Assembly: GCA_030704615.1 (NCBI GenBank)
Contig: CM060734.1
Coordinates: 19,902,001-19,966,000, forward strand
Direction of reading: 5' to 3'
Length of the DNA stretch: 64,000 bases
DNA from: Takakia lepidozioides
Taxonomy: Eukaryota; Plantae; Bryophyta
The position numbers and the translations under genes were made by a program. The notes under the pieces are model-generated. The model worked only from the letters and a program-made list of their open reading frames with translations, was not told where the DNA came from and did no database searches. Shown piece after piece: positions 51,321 through 64,000 of this stretch. Within the stretch, counting starts at the first letter, position 1. Each line of letters starts with the position of its first letter.

Positions 51321-54300
51321 TCAAGTAGTAGAGTATTTCTCCCAGAGCCACGTTAGTCTTGTATTGGGGATGAGGCCAATGAAGCGGCCATGTTGAGCGT
51401 AAATGTTGGAAAGGCGGGGGCCCATGTGGATTAGAGGTTGATTATGCTTGATATCTTTGTCAGGATTACATTCAGTTATGCAGATGTGCACGTTGGGGGC
51501 ATAGAGTGGTTGGTGTATATATCTATTATTTGTAGGTTGGGCGGGAGTGGTGTGTTGTTGGTGCATGTGTGCTAGATAGTTGGTGTTGGTTTGTTTATGG
51601 AAGGTGGTGAGGAGGGCAAGATTGTGTTCGGGGTCGCAATCGTCATGTAGGCTGAAGAGGTCGTCTTCTTTCTGCCATGTGTTGTCTGCGGAAGAGTACC
51701 CAGCCCATTGACAATGATAGTATGTAGCAATGTAGGTGGCGCCAAATGCATCAATGGACGTTTGGGTTTTAACTCCTAATATAGCTTCAATGATGTAAGC
51801 ATTGTTATTGTCGTCGTATTGTGGTGAAGATGGGGGGGATGGTGCGGTGGTTAGGGGGGGGTGGGATCCTTGCCTAGTAGGTGAGGGATTGGATGGCGTA
51901 TGCAAGTGGCGGATAGGTTCAGGGTGATGTGTGTTAGTTACTTGAGAGGGGAAATCAAATTCTATGTCTGTTTGGGTATTGGTGGCATATGCCGTTTTGA
52001 GTGTTTGGTAGATGAAGGTAGTAGGGGTAGAACAGTACTGGGGGAGCAAGTCTTGAGCCGTATGCGGATAGTAGAGGCATGAGAGGTCACATTGTAGAGT
52101 GCAGGCAGTCGAGGGATAGCAGAAGAGGGTACGAAGATGATGTAGGTAGCGATTGGTTTTGGTCGTGGCTCGAGAGAATTTAAGAGTGAATTAGCTAGGT
52201 TTTAAAAATCTATGGCTAGTGGTGGTAGTAAGTTGGGTGGGGGTGGTGATGTGTTGTTCTTTGAAATATGTGAGGATGTGGACCTTTTGTTTGGGATAAG
52301 AAATGTCAAACTGTGGTAGAGAAGGGCTTATAAGCCATGCGCGTTCTAAGGGTGATGAGGTGTTAGGATAGTCAGGCAGATCAGTTTATATGCTAATTTT
52401 CATTTGGCGCATGATCAGTAGTGTGCGTGCAGTGGGGGAGTGTAGGCAGGCTTGTGGGTGCAGGGATGATAATGAGTATAGGCCATTGTATTTAGATGCA
52501 AGGTATTTGAGAAGTCCCTGATAAATGATACCTGGATGCCCAGGATCGTTGAGTGCTTCTTTTAATTGGGTGCCCAATGTGCGAGCATATGAGATGGTTA
52601 ATGGGCGCGAACCAATGCCGTAGTGGTCCGTAGGTAGTTGTGTGATGGCATTGGGGGTGCTAGTTGGTAGACCACATACACGTTTTGTTAGCTGGATAAT
52701 ACTTTTATCAAGTTTTTTGATGTCTGATAAGGAGAAGGGTGCGGCGTGGAACGAGTATTGAATTTGTGTTTGTAGTACTGATTGAATGATTGATAGTTTT
52801 GGTCGAATGACAAGTGGGGATTTGAGCAGAGCAATAAGTTTGGATGATGTAGATTCTTTTTGGATATGCCAAGTAAGGGAGGGAACGAGTTGTATGCCTA
52901 AGTAAGTGTATGGCTCGTCTGGTCCTAGGAAGGGGAAGGGTGTGTTTTGGTAGTGTACATAGAGTTTACAATGTGAGGTTATGGCAGTTTTGGTGAGCCG
53001 ACTATGATGTGTGGCGACTGTGATGGCGCACTTGTGTAAACTGAGTTCCATGTCTGACCATAGGTTGAATCTGAGTAGTTTATTAACTTGTCGGTTGAGG
53101 TGTTGTGGTTTATGTGCCAGGATGGTTAGGTCGTCTGCATATGCTGCAGCTGAGATGTCACTTGAGGAGGTTTTGTAGTGATAGCCAAGCTTGCCTCGAG
53201 CTAGCCATCGAAGTAGGGGTTCTAGGAAGATAATGAATAGGTAGGGGCTTAAGGTGTCATCCTGGATAGTTCCACGAAGGATGGGGATAGGCGGGGTGGA
53301 GCCATAGTATGTGCCAAAGTATTTAGTAGTGTTGTTTGTGTAGATGTTTCTTATTAGTTGGACGGCATCGGTGGGGTACCCAAGATCAAGCATGATAGCA
53401 AGTAATCTGGCATGGTCTAGGGAGCCGAAGGCATTTTTAAAATCGATATATAGAAGATAGATGTCTTGCTTTGTAGGTTTAACATCTTTAAGTGCGGAGA
53501 GAACATATTGTATTTGTCGTGTTGTATTACGTGTAGCTTGGAATCCTTCTTGGGGGTCACTGAGAATTTGGTGTTGCTCGCCATATCTTGATAGCATTGT
53601 GGTGAGCGCACTGGTGAATAGCTTGTATATGGTGTTGGTCAGTGCTATGGGTCTGTAATTACTGAGATCTGTAGGATCACCTTTTTTGAAGAGTAGAATG
53701 GTCCGGCTGTGTTTCCAGGAGTGTGGGATTCGTTTTAATTTGTAACAGAGTTGAAAGAATTTAAAAAAGAGGTAATGAAGTTGAGGATTTAATGCTTGAA
53801 GTATAGCATTGGGTGTAAGATCGGGGCCCGGGGCTTTAGATTTTGATAGTTTTTTGAGACATGATTCGTAAAGATCAATTGTGAATAGGTCTATGATGTG
53901 ATCCATTGGGGATCCTCTATTGTCAATCGAGAAGCCATCTATATCATGCCACGGATAGTGTTTAGCTTTACACATGCAATTGGCAGAGTGGAGGCGGGGA
54001 TGTAAGCAGTTTGGAACTGCAGGTGTGTATGTTGAGGATGCTTGTGACCATATTTCTTGGTTGATGTCCGCTGGATTGGTTAGCAAGTGGCCGTGTCTGT
54101 GTTTGAGACAATCAATGGGTGGGTTGAGGGCAGGGTTAAAGATGGCTTTGTGAACTTTTTTGGGGTGGTTGTGTAGCAATTGGTTAAAAGAGAAGACGAA
54201 TTTTTTGTGATTGTCGACGGCTTTTTGTTTGGTAATATTGTAAGCGTTTTTTTTGGCATCTCTACCAACTTTGGAGAGAGCAGCTGTCCATTTTAGAATA

Positions 54301-57079
54301 TCTTGAAGATTGGCAGGTGGTGGCATGAGTACGAGTAGTGGTGGGTATAATAGCGAGGGCACGCCTGATAGTGTGGTATGTGTTAAGATGTGATGTCCAT
54401 ATACGTTTTTGAGTACGGGTAAGGTAGCCACCATTTTGTTTTGAGCGTGCAATTTGTGGGATTTCAGGGAGAGCATAGTAGGTGGCAATCACACTTTTGG
54501 TCATTTCTTGCATTGAAGTTGTGAGTATGGTCTCGGCGTCGTTCCATGCTTTGTTAGGGGATTGCGCGAAGTTTGCTTCGGAGAGTATATCGGAGAGTCT
54601 TAGCATGAGGTGTAAGGATGTTGGCTGAAAGTGTTTTAGAAAGGCGATTATGTTATTGTGGGGAAGTGTGGATAATATTCTAGATTGCGGCGGTGGAACA
54701 TATATGGGTGGGATAGGTCGAAAGGGGATGATGGATGCTGGGATGGTGACTGAGATGGGATAATGGTCTGAGTTGCATAAATTATTAATGTGTACATGAC
54801 TGTTGAGGTATGAGGGGATGCCATTTTGTGTCTTGAAGTAGAAACCATCAAGAAGACTGAGGGATGAGTAGTTACGTCCATCTTGTCTGGAGTAATGGTG
54901 ATCGGCCGGTATATAACGGAGGTGGTGTGAGTGAGTGAATTTTGCCCATTCATGGTCAACGGGGGATGGAGGTTTGTGAACACCATTGTATATGTGGCCC
55001 ATGAGGGCAATGTCCCTGTTGAAATCGCCTGCTAGTATGTAGTGCTGGGATTGGTTGGAGGGTTGTGTGAGTGTGTTAGAGATGGTGAGTAGGATATCAG
55101 GGATCAGGGGGAGATCTTCGGCATGTGAGGGCATATACAAATGGATAAGGATAATGGGCGGGATAGCGGGGCGGTGTAGCTTGATGATTTGAAGGTGTGA
55201 TCGGAGGGAGAGAGCAACAGGTATTTTGACCGTGGTGCTAGGAGAGTGATGTGTGTGAAGGATACCAAAAGCCACTCCGCCCCGAGTGGGATGATATGGC
55301 GCGGAACGTCTAAGTAGGCATTGTGCGGTTGTGAAGGAACTGCCATATAACAAATAGTAGGCTGGAAGGAGATTGTTGATATAGGAGCTGTTAGGGCCGT
55401 GTGTGTTGAGTTTAGTTTCTTGTAATAGAATGATATGCGGAGGTGTAGAGTCCATTAGATGGATAAGGCTTTGAATGCTGGTAGCAAGTGACCCTACATT
55501 CCAGGTGAGTATGTTGAGTGCGTGTGCTTGCTGGGAGGAGGGGGCATGTGGGGACTGTTGGGTCTAGGGGGTTTGGAGGTGGGTCATTGGTGTGGCTGGG
55601 CAAGCAAGGTGTGATGACTGGTGGCGGTATCATGGGAGGGGGTTGATATCCAGGGATGTGTGTCTTGGCGTGGAGGGTTGCAGTGAGAATTTGTTGGTGA
55701 GAGTATCTAGCTCGTGTATGGTAGCAGCTGGGTGCGCTAAGTGTTCGCCAAGAATCTTGATTACTACTCCGGGCTTGGCTTGTAGTAGGTCAAGGGATTC
55801 GTGGAGATTGTGTAGGTAGTGTGGGGGTGCTAGGTATCTGTGAGGTAGTGTGGGTAGCTCATGCAGTTGCTGTAGTAACAAACGTATGTGTATGTCTAGT
55901 TGGGTTCTAAAGTAGTCATTGCATATTGAGGGGATTGGAGAGATGACAACGATTAGTGAGAGTAGTAGGTGTTGTGGGGGGTATGTGTTAAGTTTATGGG
56001 TGGCAGTGACTAGGAATGGGTGTTCGTAGGTAGGGAGCCCAAAGGTGGCAATTGGGTGCGTGGGTTTACGGTTATTGGTAGGAGGGTTAGGGAGAAAGAG
56101 AAGTGGTCACTGAGGTGTTGATATGGAGGCACGAGCGTGACAGTGTCTGGTTGGAAATATAATTCATATCTGTCTTTATGATCCGTTGGAAGCTTGTTGA
56201 TGATGCTAGTGATGGTATAGGGGCCTGGGTTTGGGTGAATGTCGCCGCAACGAAGTAGTGTAAGCGTTTCATAAGCAAGTAGATATGACTTAAAGTGGGA
56301 TGGTGGATGGTGAGAGGAGTGTTTTGATGCAAGGGGTCTCTGGTGATATCGTCCATGTGGGCAGTGGGTTATAAGTTGGATTTTGAGGGGGTGAGGGGTG
56401 GGGGTGCGTGGGGGGTAGTTGTGGAGAAAGTGTATGAGGGGGGTAGAGTTGGTGTTAGCATAGTGGGTACTAGCGGAGCTAGTTGCTTGTGTGTGTGGGG
56501 GGAAGGTATTGCCTGTGGGTTAGTGTGTGGGTTCGTCTGGGGGTCATGAAGGAGGTTTGTTGTATATGAGCTCTCGTGATGGGGGTAAGAATTTAATATG
56601 GGTGTATGGTGGGTAGAGAGTATATAATTAACTAGAGTGGGGGAAAGAGGATAAGTGGACAACATCCATGGATGAATGAGTTCGGTGGGCCTTAATATAG
56701 ATAGTGGGATAGAGGTACAGTGTGGAGTGGTGGATATGATGAGAGGCCAAGACTTTGCTATGGCATATTGAAAGAATAAATGTGAGCAGAGGGGGTGCTC
56801 AGGAATTACACCATAAGGTAGTGATAACAGCAGCTCAATATCTAACAAGCCTATGATCTGATAGGTGGTCGGTGCAGCAAAATTGAGCCTCGGTGCTTCG
56901 CAGTAGGTTGGCGCATGTGAGGGAGCGCAACGATCGGGGAAGTACACGAGCAAGGTGGTAGGCACGGACTCCAATCGGCAGAGTCGAAGGGGGCTAGCAG
57001 CTTGCAACAGAAATTGATTGTTGGCGGGGTTTGTGATCCACATGCGGGCTGCAGTACAGACATCCTTACAATGCACCAT
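51321..57079 (-). mobile_element. LINE with APE endonuclease, RT and C-terminal chromodomain; 3'-truncated; possibly RandI/Dualen-like
   Basis: APE motifs ILTWNV (~55510), LLQETK, AGDFN, SDHYPI; RT motifs KAPGPD, NYRPIAL, IDFKNAF, LSPYLF, YADD; chromodomain at 51655-51797. Coding strand is strongly A/C-rich. No poly(A) tail. Confidence 0.88.
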
Positions 57080-57139
57080 AAATTAGGGTAGATGGCAGTG
57101 TTGTAGCTTTCTCTCAGGCGAAGCGAAAGGGAGCCAATA

Positions 57140-57700
57140 GTCGACAAGATAATGACAACATTGAGGGTGTAGGTTCGTGGGACATAGAGATGTTGAGTGT
57201 GAGATTTCATGGGACTAGTATTAAGTACAAACAACAACAGTTGACATCTATAGTTAGAGGCAGTGTAAGGAGCAACCGGAGCATGTAAGGTCACTTCCCT
57301 GGATGACATGTCTTGTGGTGTTGGTGCAGGCTGGAGAGTTGTAGGCATATTGGTGATTGTTGGCGGATATTTGCAGCACTTGGTGGCAGAAGTGGTCGGC
57401 TGCACAGGCGCATAAACAACAATAGTTGTCGTATCAGATGTCGACAGGATAATGGCAGCATTGGAGGTATAGGCTCCTGGAACATAGAAATGTGGAGTTT
57501 GATATTTCATGTTATAAGTACCAAGCACATACAGTGGCATTCGACAATAGGAGTGGGTGGTAAAGTTGGCAGCACACAGAGTGTGTAAGGTGACTTCCCT
57601 GGATGGTCTGACTTGCGGTGTTGGTGCATGATGGAGAGTTACATGTAAGTAGTCACGTGTTGGCTGATATATCCAGCACATAGGGGCATAAATGGCCGGC
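57140..57700. repeat. Diverged 300-bp tandem duplication, in frame within ORF 56851-58050
   Basis: TCGACA.GATAATG at 57141 and 57441; protein repeats APTPQ..SREVTLH...YVP..YT.N..IILST. Confidence 0.7.
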
Positions 57701-58089
57701 ACCGTGATCAGGGCAATTACCCTCCCACTTCTCCAAACTACCTCTCCCAGTCCGGATCTGTTGCATATTTGATCTTTATGCTGCTGCTTCATTGCTTGAA
57801 TCCTTGCTCTCATCATAGACAAAGGCCGATCAGTGCAGATCCCGACCTTCTTCAGTAAGCTGGGCCACCATTTCGCAGCCTTGGGTTTAGGTAGGTCTTG
57901 ACAAATGCTGGAGATGGTGTCTCGAATGTGGAGGCAGATTTTGATGACACAAACCCTGCTCATATCACAGTCTTTTGCACTAGCATGGCATGCGATCATG
58001 ACATGGAACAGGATGGGAGACAGTAGAACTGAGTTCCTGCCATCTCTCAATATAACACCATGATCAAGTAGCTGCCCATCAGCTTTCTG

Positions 58090-58600
58090 TGATCGAGCTC
58101 ATAAGTTGTAAGAAATTCTATCAAGGGCCTCCAATGACGTGAGTTCAAGAAAGCCACTGTACCGCATCCATTTTCAGCATATCCAGCTATCATTGTACTC
58201 CATGAGAACCCAGCTCGTTTAAACGGGTCATCAAACACATGGCTTGCATCATTCAAGCTCCCACATTTGGCATACATGGTAGAAAGGGCAGTCTTCAGAT
58301 TGACATTTTGCATATTGCCAGCTTTGATGATAACAACATGAAACTCCATGCCTGATAATTCAGGGAACGTGTACATGCCTGGCAGCTTATGTGCAAGTTT
58401 GAGGCTGGAGACAACATTTGGTACCACTCCAGCTTTGATGATGGCAACATGCACATCTTTGCGCTTCTCCAGGGCTGCCAGGCTTGCACAAGCATGGCAA
58501 ATGCACACACACGTGATGTGGTTGGGCTTCACCCCTTCCCCCATCATTTGATCATAGGTCTCCACAACAATGCCAGCTTTGACATGGCCATTCAACCTGG
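58090..58600 (-). pseudogene. PLS-class PPR protein fragment
   Basis: QMMGEGVKPNHITCVCICHACASLAAL, ALSTMYAKCGSLNDASHVFD and SWSTMIAGYAENG. Confidence 0.8.
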
Positions 58601-58674
58601 CCTGCCGCTTCTGGTGCGGAGGCAGGGATAAATCATAAAAGTCGATATAAGTCATGACTTCTAAACATAGAGTT

Positions 58675-59850
58675 CAAGCCTTGTGCTTCCTTGGATGCGA
58701 AGTGGTCTTCGAAATGGGCTCATTCGGCGGATTGCCCTTCTTCTTGGTCACCCATCTGGAAAGATGTTTGGAGAAAGGATAGAGCCTCCAAAATTAGTGG
58801 TTTTTTTGTGGAAATTGGTTAACAGGATCCTCCTTGTCAAGGCTCATTTCCCGGATGGATCCATGGTTTGCTCTCTCTACCGTTTGCAGGTGTCGGAAAC
58901 TATTGATCACTGTCTTTATTTCTGCCCTCCGGTCTCTGCTGTTTGGTCTCATGTTCTGGCTTTCTACAGGCAATGGAGGCAGCTTGCATCCCCCTGTCCT
59001 TCTGTTTTACTTCTGAACTTCTCTAGTGGTAGGCTGTGGTCTGACTGCCCAGTGTGGGCCACAATCAGAGCCCACACGCTGTGGCAAATCTGGAAAGCAA
59101 GATGCTCCCATGTCTTTGATGGTTATAAGCCAAGCAGTGTGAAAATGATTTTATGCTTGGTTCACTCAGATCTTTTATCTGAGGCTCGTAAGGCGTGGTG
59201 GGTGTTGAGGGAAGCTCTTTGCAGATGTAACAGCAGAAGGGGGAGGCAACTGCTCGCTAGATTTGACAAAACTTGAGGAAAAGATGACACCATCTGCTAT
59301 AGAGAGCCTTCATCTTGGAATTCGCTGGAAGGACACCATCCCTGCAAGCTCGGAGCTCCTTTAGTTCTCTTCGCTCTCCGGCAAAGGAGAGGAGTCTGAA
59401 GTGAATTGGCGACACGCCGATCTCTTGAGAACAACTCGTTCTCGTACTCAGCTGTCTTTTCTGCCTTACAAGAGGAAGCGCGGGAGCTACTGACTCTGTT
59501 AGGATATGGGGTCTCTGGCTGTTTGTTTATCAACTTGTAACTCGGACTCTGGACTCTGGCTTCTGGCTTTAGATCTCTGCACTTCTTTTAAGTTAGTCTC
59601 CTTGCCTACCTTGCAACTGAATGCTTTTCTTAGAAGACTCAGCTTCTGCCCCCTCAACCTTTCTCCTTTTTTTAACCCGATCTCTAGCCTTGTTCTTATC
59701 TTTCTGCTTAGTTTTTGGTCACGAAGCGGAGCCTTCCTGGATCAGCCTTTATGGCACCCATTTTCGAGGTTATTTTTTCCTCGTTGTACTCTGGGCTTTT
59801 GTCCCTTGCTATAAAATGTTAAAGGGCTTCTATCCCCTTTAAAAAAAAAA
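58675..59850 (+). mobile_element. 5'-truncated L1-type LINE (zf-RVT domain, 3' UTR, poly(A))
   Basis: PPKLVVFLWK..C..ETIDHCLYFCP..W..IWKARCSHVF; poly(A) 59841-59850; TSD AGAGTT (58669-58674 and 59851-59856). Confidence 0.8.
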
Positions 59851-60170
59851 AGAGTTGCCGCTGTGAGGTCTAACGTCAACTCAGTAGTAATTTGAGCTCT
59901 TGTGTGAATTGGCTATGCTACTCGAGGGTGTCTAAGTATTGGAGGCTTGTAAGGCGCAAACGTAACTGGAACCTGACCTAACCAGGCTCTCACAAGCAAC
60001 CACACAACCATAGTCTTGAAGCCACACCCATAACTAGTACTTAAGCTTGACTGATCTGTCTACACGACATTCCTTTGATAACAGTCTCCATCATTTTGCT
60101 GTGGTAATTCTACCTGCGAGAAGGACTCCTAGTGGGGTTGCTGATTGCGCAGCAATTGACATCCCGATAA

Positions 60171-63100
60171 TCAGAAGGTTGCCCCAGATGCAAGCGCTGC
60201 CAAGACTCCAATTAGTGGAGCGTTTATGTACGTTGTTGCCTCCATCTGCTTGTAGTTGGATCTCACATCGTTGATACGATCGGATTGATCTGGTCCACCA
60301 ATAACTGCCCCATTCGCCTCGTTGGGATGGGGGTTGTTGCTGTTGTAGTATGTGAAGCCGTCGCTGCAAGAGATGGGGCTCGGGTGAGCGAGTATGGAGG
60401 GTAGTGAGGCTGCCCGGTGGTGCACGTGCTGCGGGAAACTGGAGCCGAACCCCACCATGTAGGACATGTTTTTTGGGTTTTCCCCAAGAATGTAATCCAC
60501 CTGATGCGTCAGACAGAGAGAGTGATTTTGAAGTTTTCACATGGACTAGACAGATCTATATCATTTTCAAGATTCTTTGTATCAGCTTCTATGGTCATAT
60601 AGATATAGAGAACCGATCAATCTCCAGCGAGCTTCACCTTCCACTATTAAGAACACTGCACTGCATCGCCCGAACCCCATAGACTGTACATCAGGAACAG
60701 ATCCTTCAAGGCTTCAAAGTTTTTTACAGTCTTTCTTGATTGACTGCATGATTTAAGTGAGATTTCGACTTGATAATTGCTTTGAACATGAAACCTCATA
60801 AATAGCTAATCTGTGCGCGTTGGTTGCATGCAAAGCCAGAAAATACCCCGTTAAGAAAAAGTAGCCGGTTGCAGACTGAGTTTGATACACGTACCTGTCA
60901 ATTTTGCAAGTCAACTGGCGCACAGAAGGGAGGTGGACGCAACTTAAAGAGACCTAGATCCACAAGCGTAGCAAAACTACGAGTGGGCGAGGAGCAGGCC
61001 ATCTGAATGACAGGCAATTTTCACCTGGTGTGATAGTAGCTCGAGAGCTTGAATTCATACGACCTGGCAGAACACCGCAGATGAAGTCATCGGCACGGGC
61101 TTTGTACCCATGAAGATTACTGCTCCTAGAAAGAAAAAACTGCGTTCAGCAAATGAGACAATGTGCCAATAGTCAATATAGACGGCTTATATATCGATGT
61201 TCCGCGGATCTTGAGAACCATATATAAACTAGTCACTGGTAACAGTTTTGTCTGTACTAGTTAGTCGATGGTATCAACACACGAGTTCGGAACCTTCAAC
61301 CTGTATTCAGCACAACCTTACATTGACAAGCCTGAGCGTCGTTTTTGCAGTGGCCGTGTTCACTTTGAATTTAACTCAATTGTACCAGCTTTCATGTGTG
61401 GGAATTTGGTCGAGATCTTGGACATTACTTTGAAAGGTTAATTTAATAATCTATTATAGTGACGTATATGGCAATAGTCCGGATTGCAGACGTGAAGCAC
61501 TAGACGTACTCGTGCAAGTAGAACTTGAGCTCCTGCATACTTGTTGTCCCATGAAAGCGCAGTCACTGATGTAGTTGTACCCCCAAGGCTAGCACCATTT
61601 GAGACAAGGTACTGAAGATACTTGTCTTCACCGGAAGCCTTGTATAGCCAAGCAGCACCCCAAACCAACTCATCCTGGACCAGAATCAGCGGATTAGTCC
61701 TGAACCACTGGAGTTTTCTCACGTGGATTGAACATATAAAGTTTATGATGGAGGCAATTTAAGGCGGTTATATAAGTGAACTGTGCCTATTGACAGCTCG
61801 GGAATTGAAGTTTACATTGTAACCTGAGTAGGAGCAGTAGTGAGGGCATATGGCTGATGAAAGACGGTCACTGTATTTTCCTCGGTACTTATCAGCGAAA
61901 TCAAACACCTGACAAACAGAATTTATAACTACGTAAGACCGCATAAGTCTGAAAAGCTCGTCCATGTGCCAAAGTGATCAACAGCTCGAAAATTATACAT
62001 TTCCAGGTCACTCGTAAATGCGCATTTGTTAAGATATATGCATCTACTGAATAGCCATGCCATTCCAGCTTTCTAGGAGTCGGGACTGCACTTTACAGCA
62101 TGTAATAATTAGTCCATGGATCTCACACTGCGATTAACTGGGTGAGCACGAAGAGAAATGTGGAAAGAGAATCTTACTGTAGATCAAAACCGGTATGAGG
62201 TTTCAATGTGTCAGTGACCTATCAATTGATCAATATAATAGTGAGAGAAAATGGTCCAACGCTCGTCGTGTATACAGGAAAATATAAGATATGATGTCAA
62301 AGTTTCGCCGGCACCTGCTTTGCACTGGATAGGAGTTGTGTAGAGTATGATTCGTCAGAGGCCTGGAAGGCTATGGAGGCGGCAGCAAGAGCAGCGGCAG
62401 TCTCTGCAGCTACGTCAGAACCAGGGTTTGTGGCGTTCACCTTGTACGCTATGCGCGGGGTATCCAACCTCTCTGGACTCTCCCAGCATGCATGGTCGCT
62501 CTTGGGCTCTCCAACCTGCGCCTCAAGACTGCGCATACTGAACAATGCTTCTAGAATGTATATATTTTGGTGTCAAACTGCAAAGACTCACGCTGGCAAT
62601 TCTATCGAGTACCGTCAAGAGTTGGTTCTTTGGGGTATGCATGGAATTCGAGAGCTATAAAAGATCGGATGTAGAATGTAGACCTGTCCCTATAATAATG
62701 TACATCTAGTACGCTGGGAACTCCTGAAGCCGATTCTCAGGTGCCCATTTGATCAAGATAAATCTCATCTGGTTACTAGATTAGAACCTGGAGATCTAGA
62801 CAATCTTTGTATAAGTATTGTTTTATTGACTTTGTCTAGTGACCATTCAGATCGCAGGATCATCGAGAAGAATTTGAGCCTTTTCTGGGTAAATATGCAA
62901 TTTCGTTGTACAACTTAGCTCCAAGTGCTACCAGTGGTAATGGAAATATTCAAGTCGACCGACTACTCGCACATTGTCCAGATTAGCAGAGCTTTATGAC
63001 TCGAGTCGTACTTCCACTAGCTTACTGTATTCTAACTCAAAATTTCGATATATATCATGTAAAGTACAGGATCGAGTTATATGTAACTTACAGTCAACCG

Positions 63101-63702
63101 GAGGGCTTTGTGTAAATAGGAGAGAATTCAGAAAAATGTACCTGCACCCACAACTCTGTTGGACCGGTGTTGGCCTTGAGAAGGTAAGCTGTGCCTAGCT
63201 AATAGCATCTTGTGCCGTGGCCCAATTGCCCAGCCGTGCTCAATTTGTCGCCAAATTCGACCACGCTCCATGACAGTAGAGACACTGTGAATGCCATGGG
63301 GAGCCCAAACTTTATGTTGTCTCCGGCATCGTAGTAACCCCCACTCAGGATCTCCATGCCCATACTTGCCACAATGCTCACACTGCAACTCTGGAGGCTG
63401 TGCTTGTGTCGGCCCTTTGCCACTTCCTGGGCAATCTTTCTTGACATGGGGTCCTCCACATGTCCAACATACCACCCCTGGTTGCTGTTGGCCTGCAAAA
63501 GAAGCTACTGACCTCTGCACCTGAGGTCCCCTGTAAGCTCCATGGAATTTGGGTTGGGCAACCTTGCCCCCTTGTCCACGCTGTTGGGCAGTCCCTTGTA
63601 CCTATTGGCTAGCACCTTCGCCTCGTGTAGGCATGTCCTTGCCAAATCCAATGGTAACAACTCGCTCCTCCACCATGTTGAGCTCAATCCGCTCAACCAA
63701 AC
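60171..63702 (-). pseudogene. Glycoside hydrolase family 9 endo-1,4-beta-glucanase, multi-exon and disrupted; first exon not identified in the window
   Basis: Exons 63702-63141 ([13 protein letters not shown]; carries an insertion and a TAG at 63199), 62515-62315, 61908-61816, 61674-61510 ([10 protein letters not shown]), 61139-61025, a degraded exon at ~61000-60895, and 60500-60171 (HHRAAS, EATTYINA). Confidence 0.88.
63350..63698 (-). mobile_element. Internal gag fragment of the DNMT-Gypsy family inserted in the GH9 exon
   Basis: Colinear and highly similar to 15232-15580, including the zinc-knuckle region; no LTR and no TSD. Confidence 0.9.
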
Positions 63703-64000
63703 CTGTAGCCACGAATTAGCTACCAGCAACGTTTAGAGTTGAAGCTGCGACGTACATATCTCACGTATCTATGTCTAAGTGCTCGCTTATTTCACTACAG
63801 TTGATACGCTTTTCACATTGAACATGATCTCATGAAATTTTCAGATCAGTAGGATGAAGCAAGTTCAGGATTGTGTAAATTACAAAGGGATAACATTCCT
63901 TGCAACATAGTAACAGACAGACGCGGGTACCGGCACAGTACATGGCTAGAGCTGCCGTCGTTTATGGCTGAGTCTCCCCTCCAAGAGAGACGCGCTGTGA

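Overview
Eukaryotic, land-plant DNA, probably a bryophyte. This is inferred from an intronless PAL ending ...WTGTPGPF, a PLS-type PPR fragment, plastid-targeted RH39 and PSRP5, and a half-tRNA copia PBS. The window is TE-dense and full of decayed genes. From left to right: 120-bp repeat arrays in both orientations; an intronless RING-H2 pseudogene; a CACTA terminus with hairpin subterminal repeats, a tRNA-derived SINE and a TnpD remnant; a decayed Ty3/Gypsy element whose pol carries a complete DNMT3-like C5 cytosine methyltransferase between protease and RT (the standout finding); an extra ORF and a PSRP5 copy upstream of its gag; a MITE; a hAT (BED + DUF659) transposase enclosed by the same CACTA-type hairpin repeats; RH39 and PAL pseudogenes; a Ty1/Copia element interrupted by a full-length chromovirus (773-bp LTRs, CAAAC TSD, internal 1.5-kb inversion); a second Copia remnant; a chromodomain-bearing LINE; a PPR fragment; a 5'-truncated L1; and a GH9 endoglucanase pseudogene into which a gag fragment of the DNMT-Gypsy family is inserted. 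All calls come from reading motifs by eye; no database searches were run.
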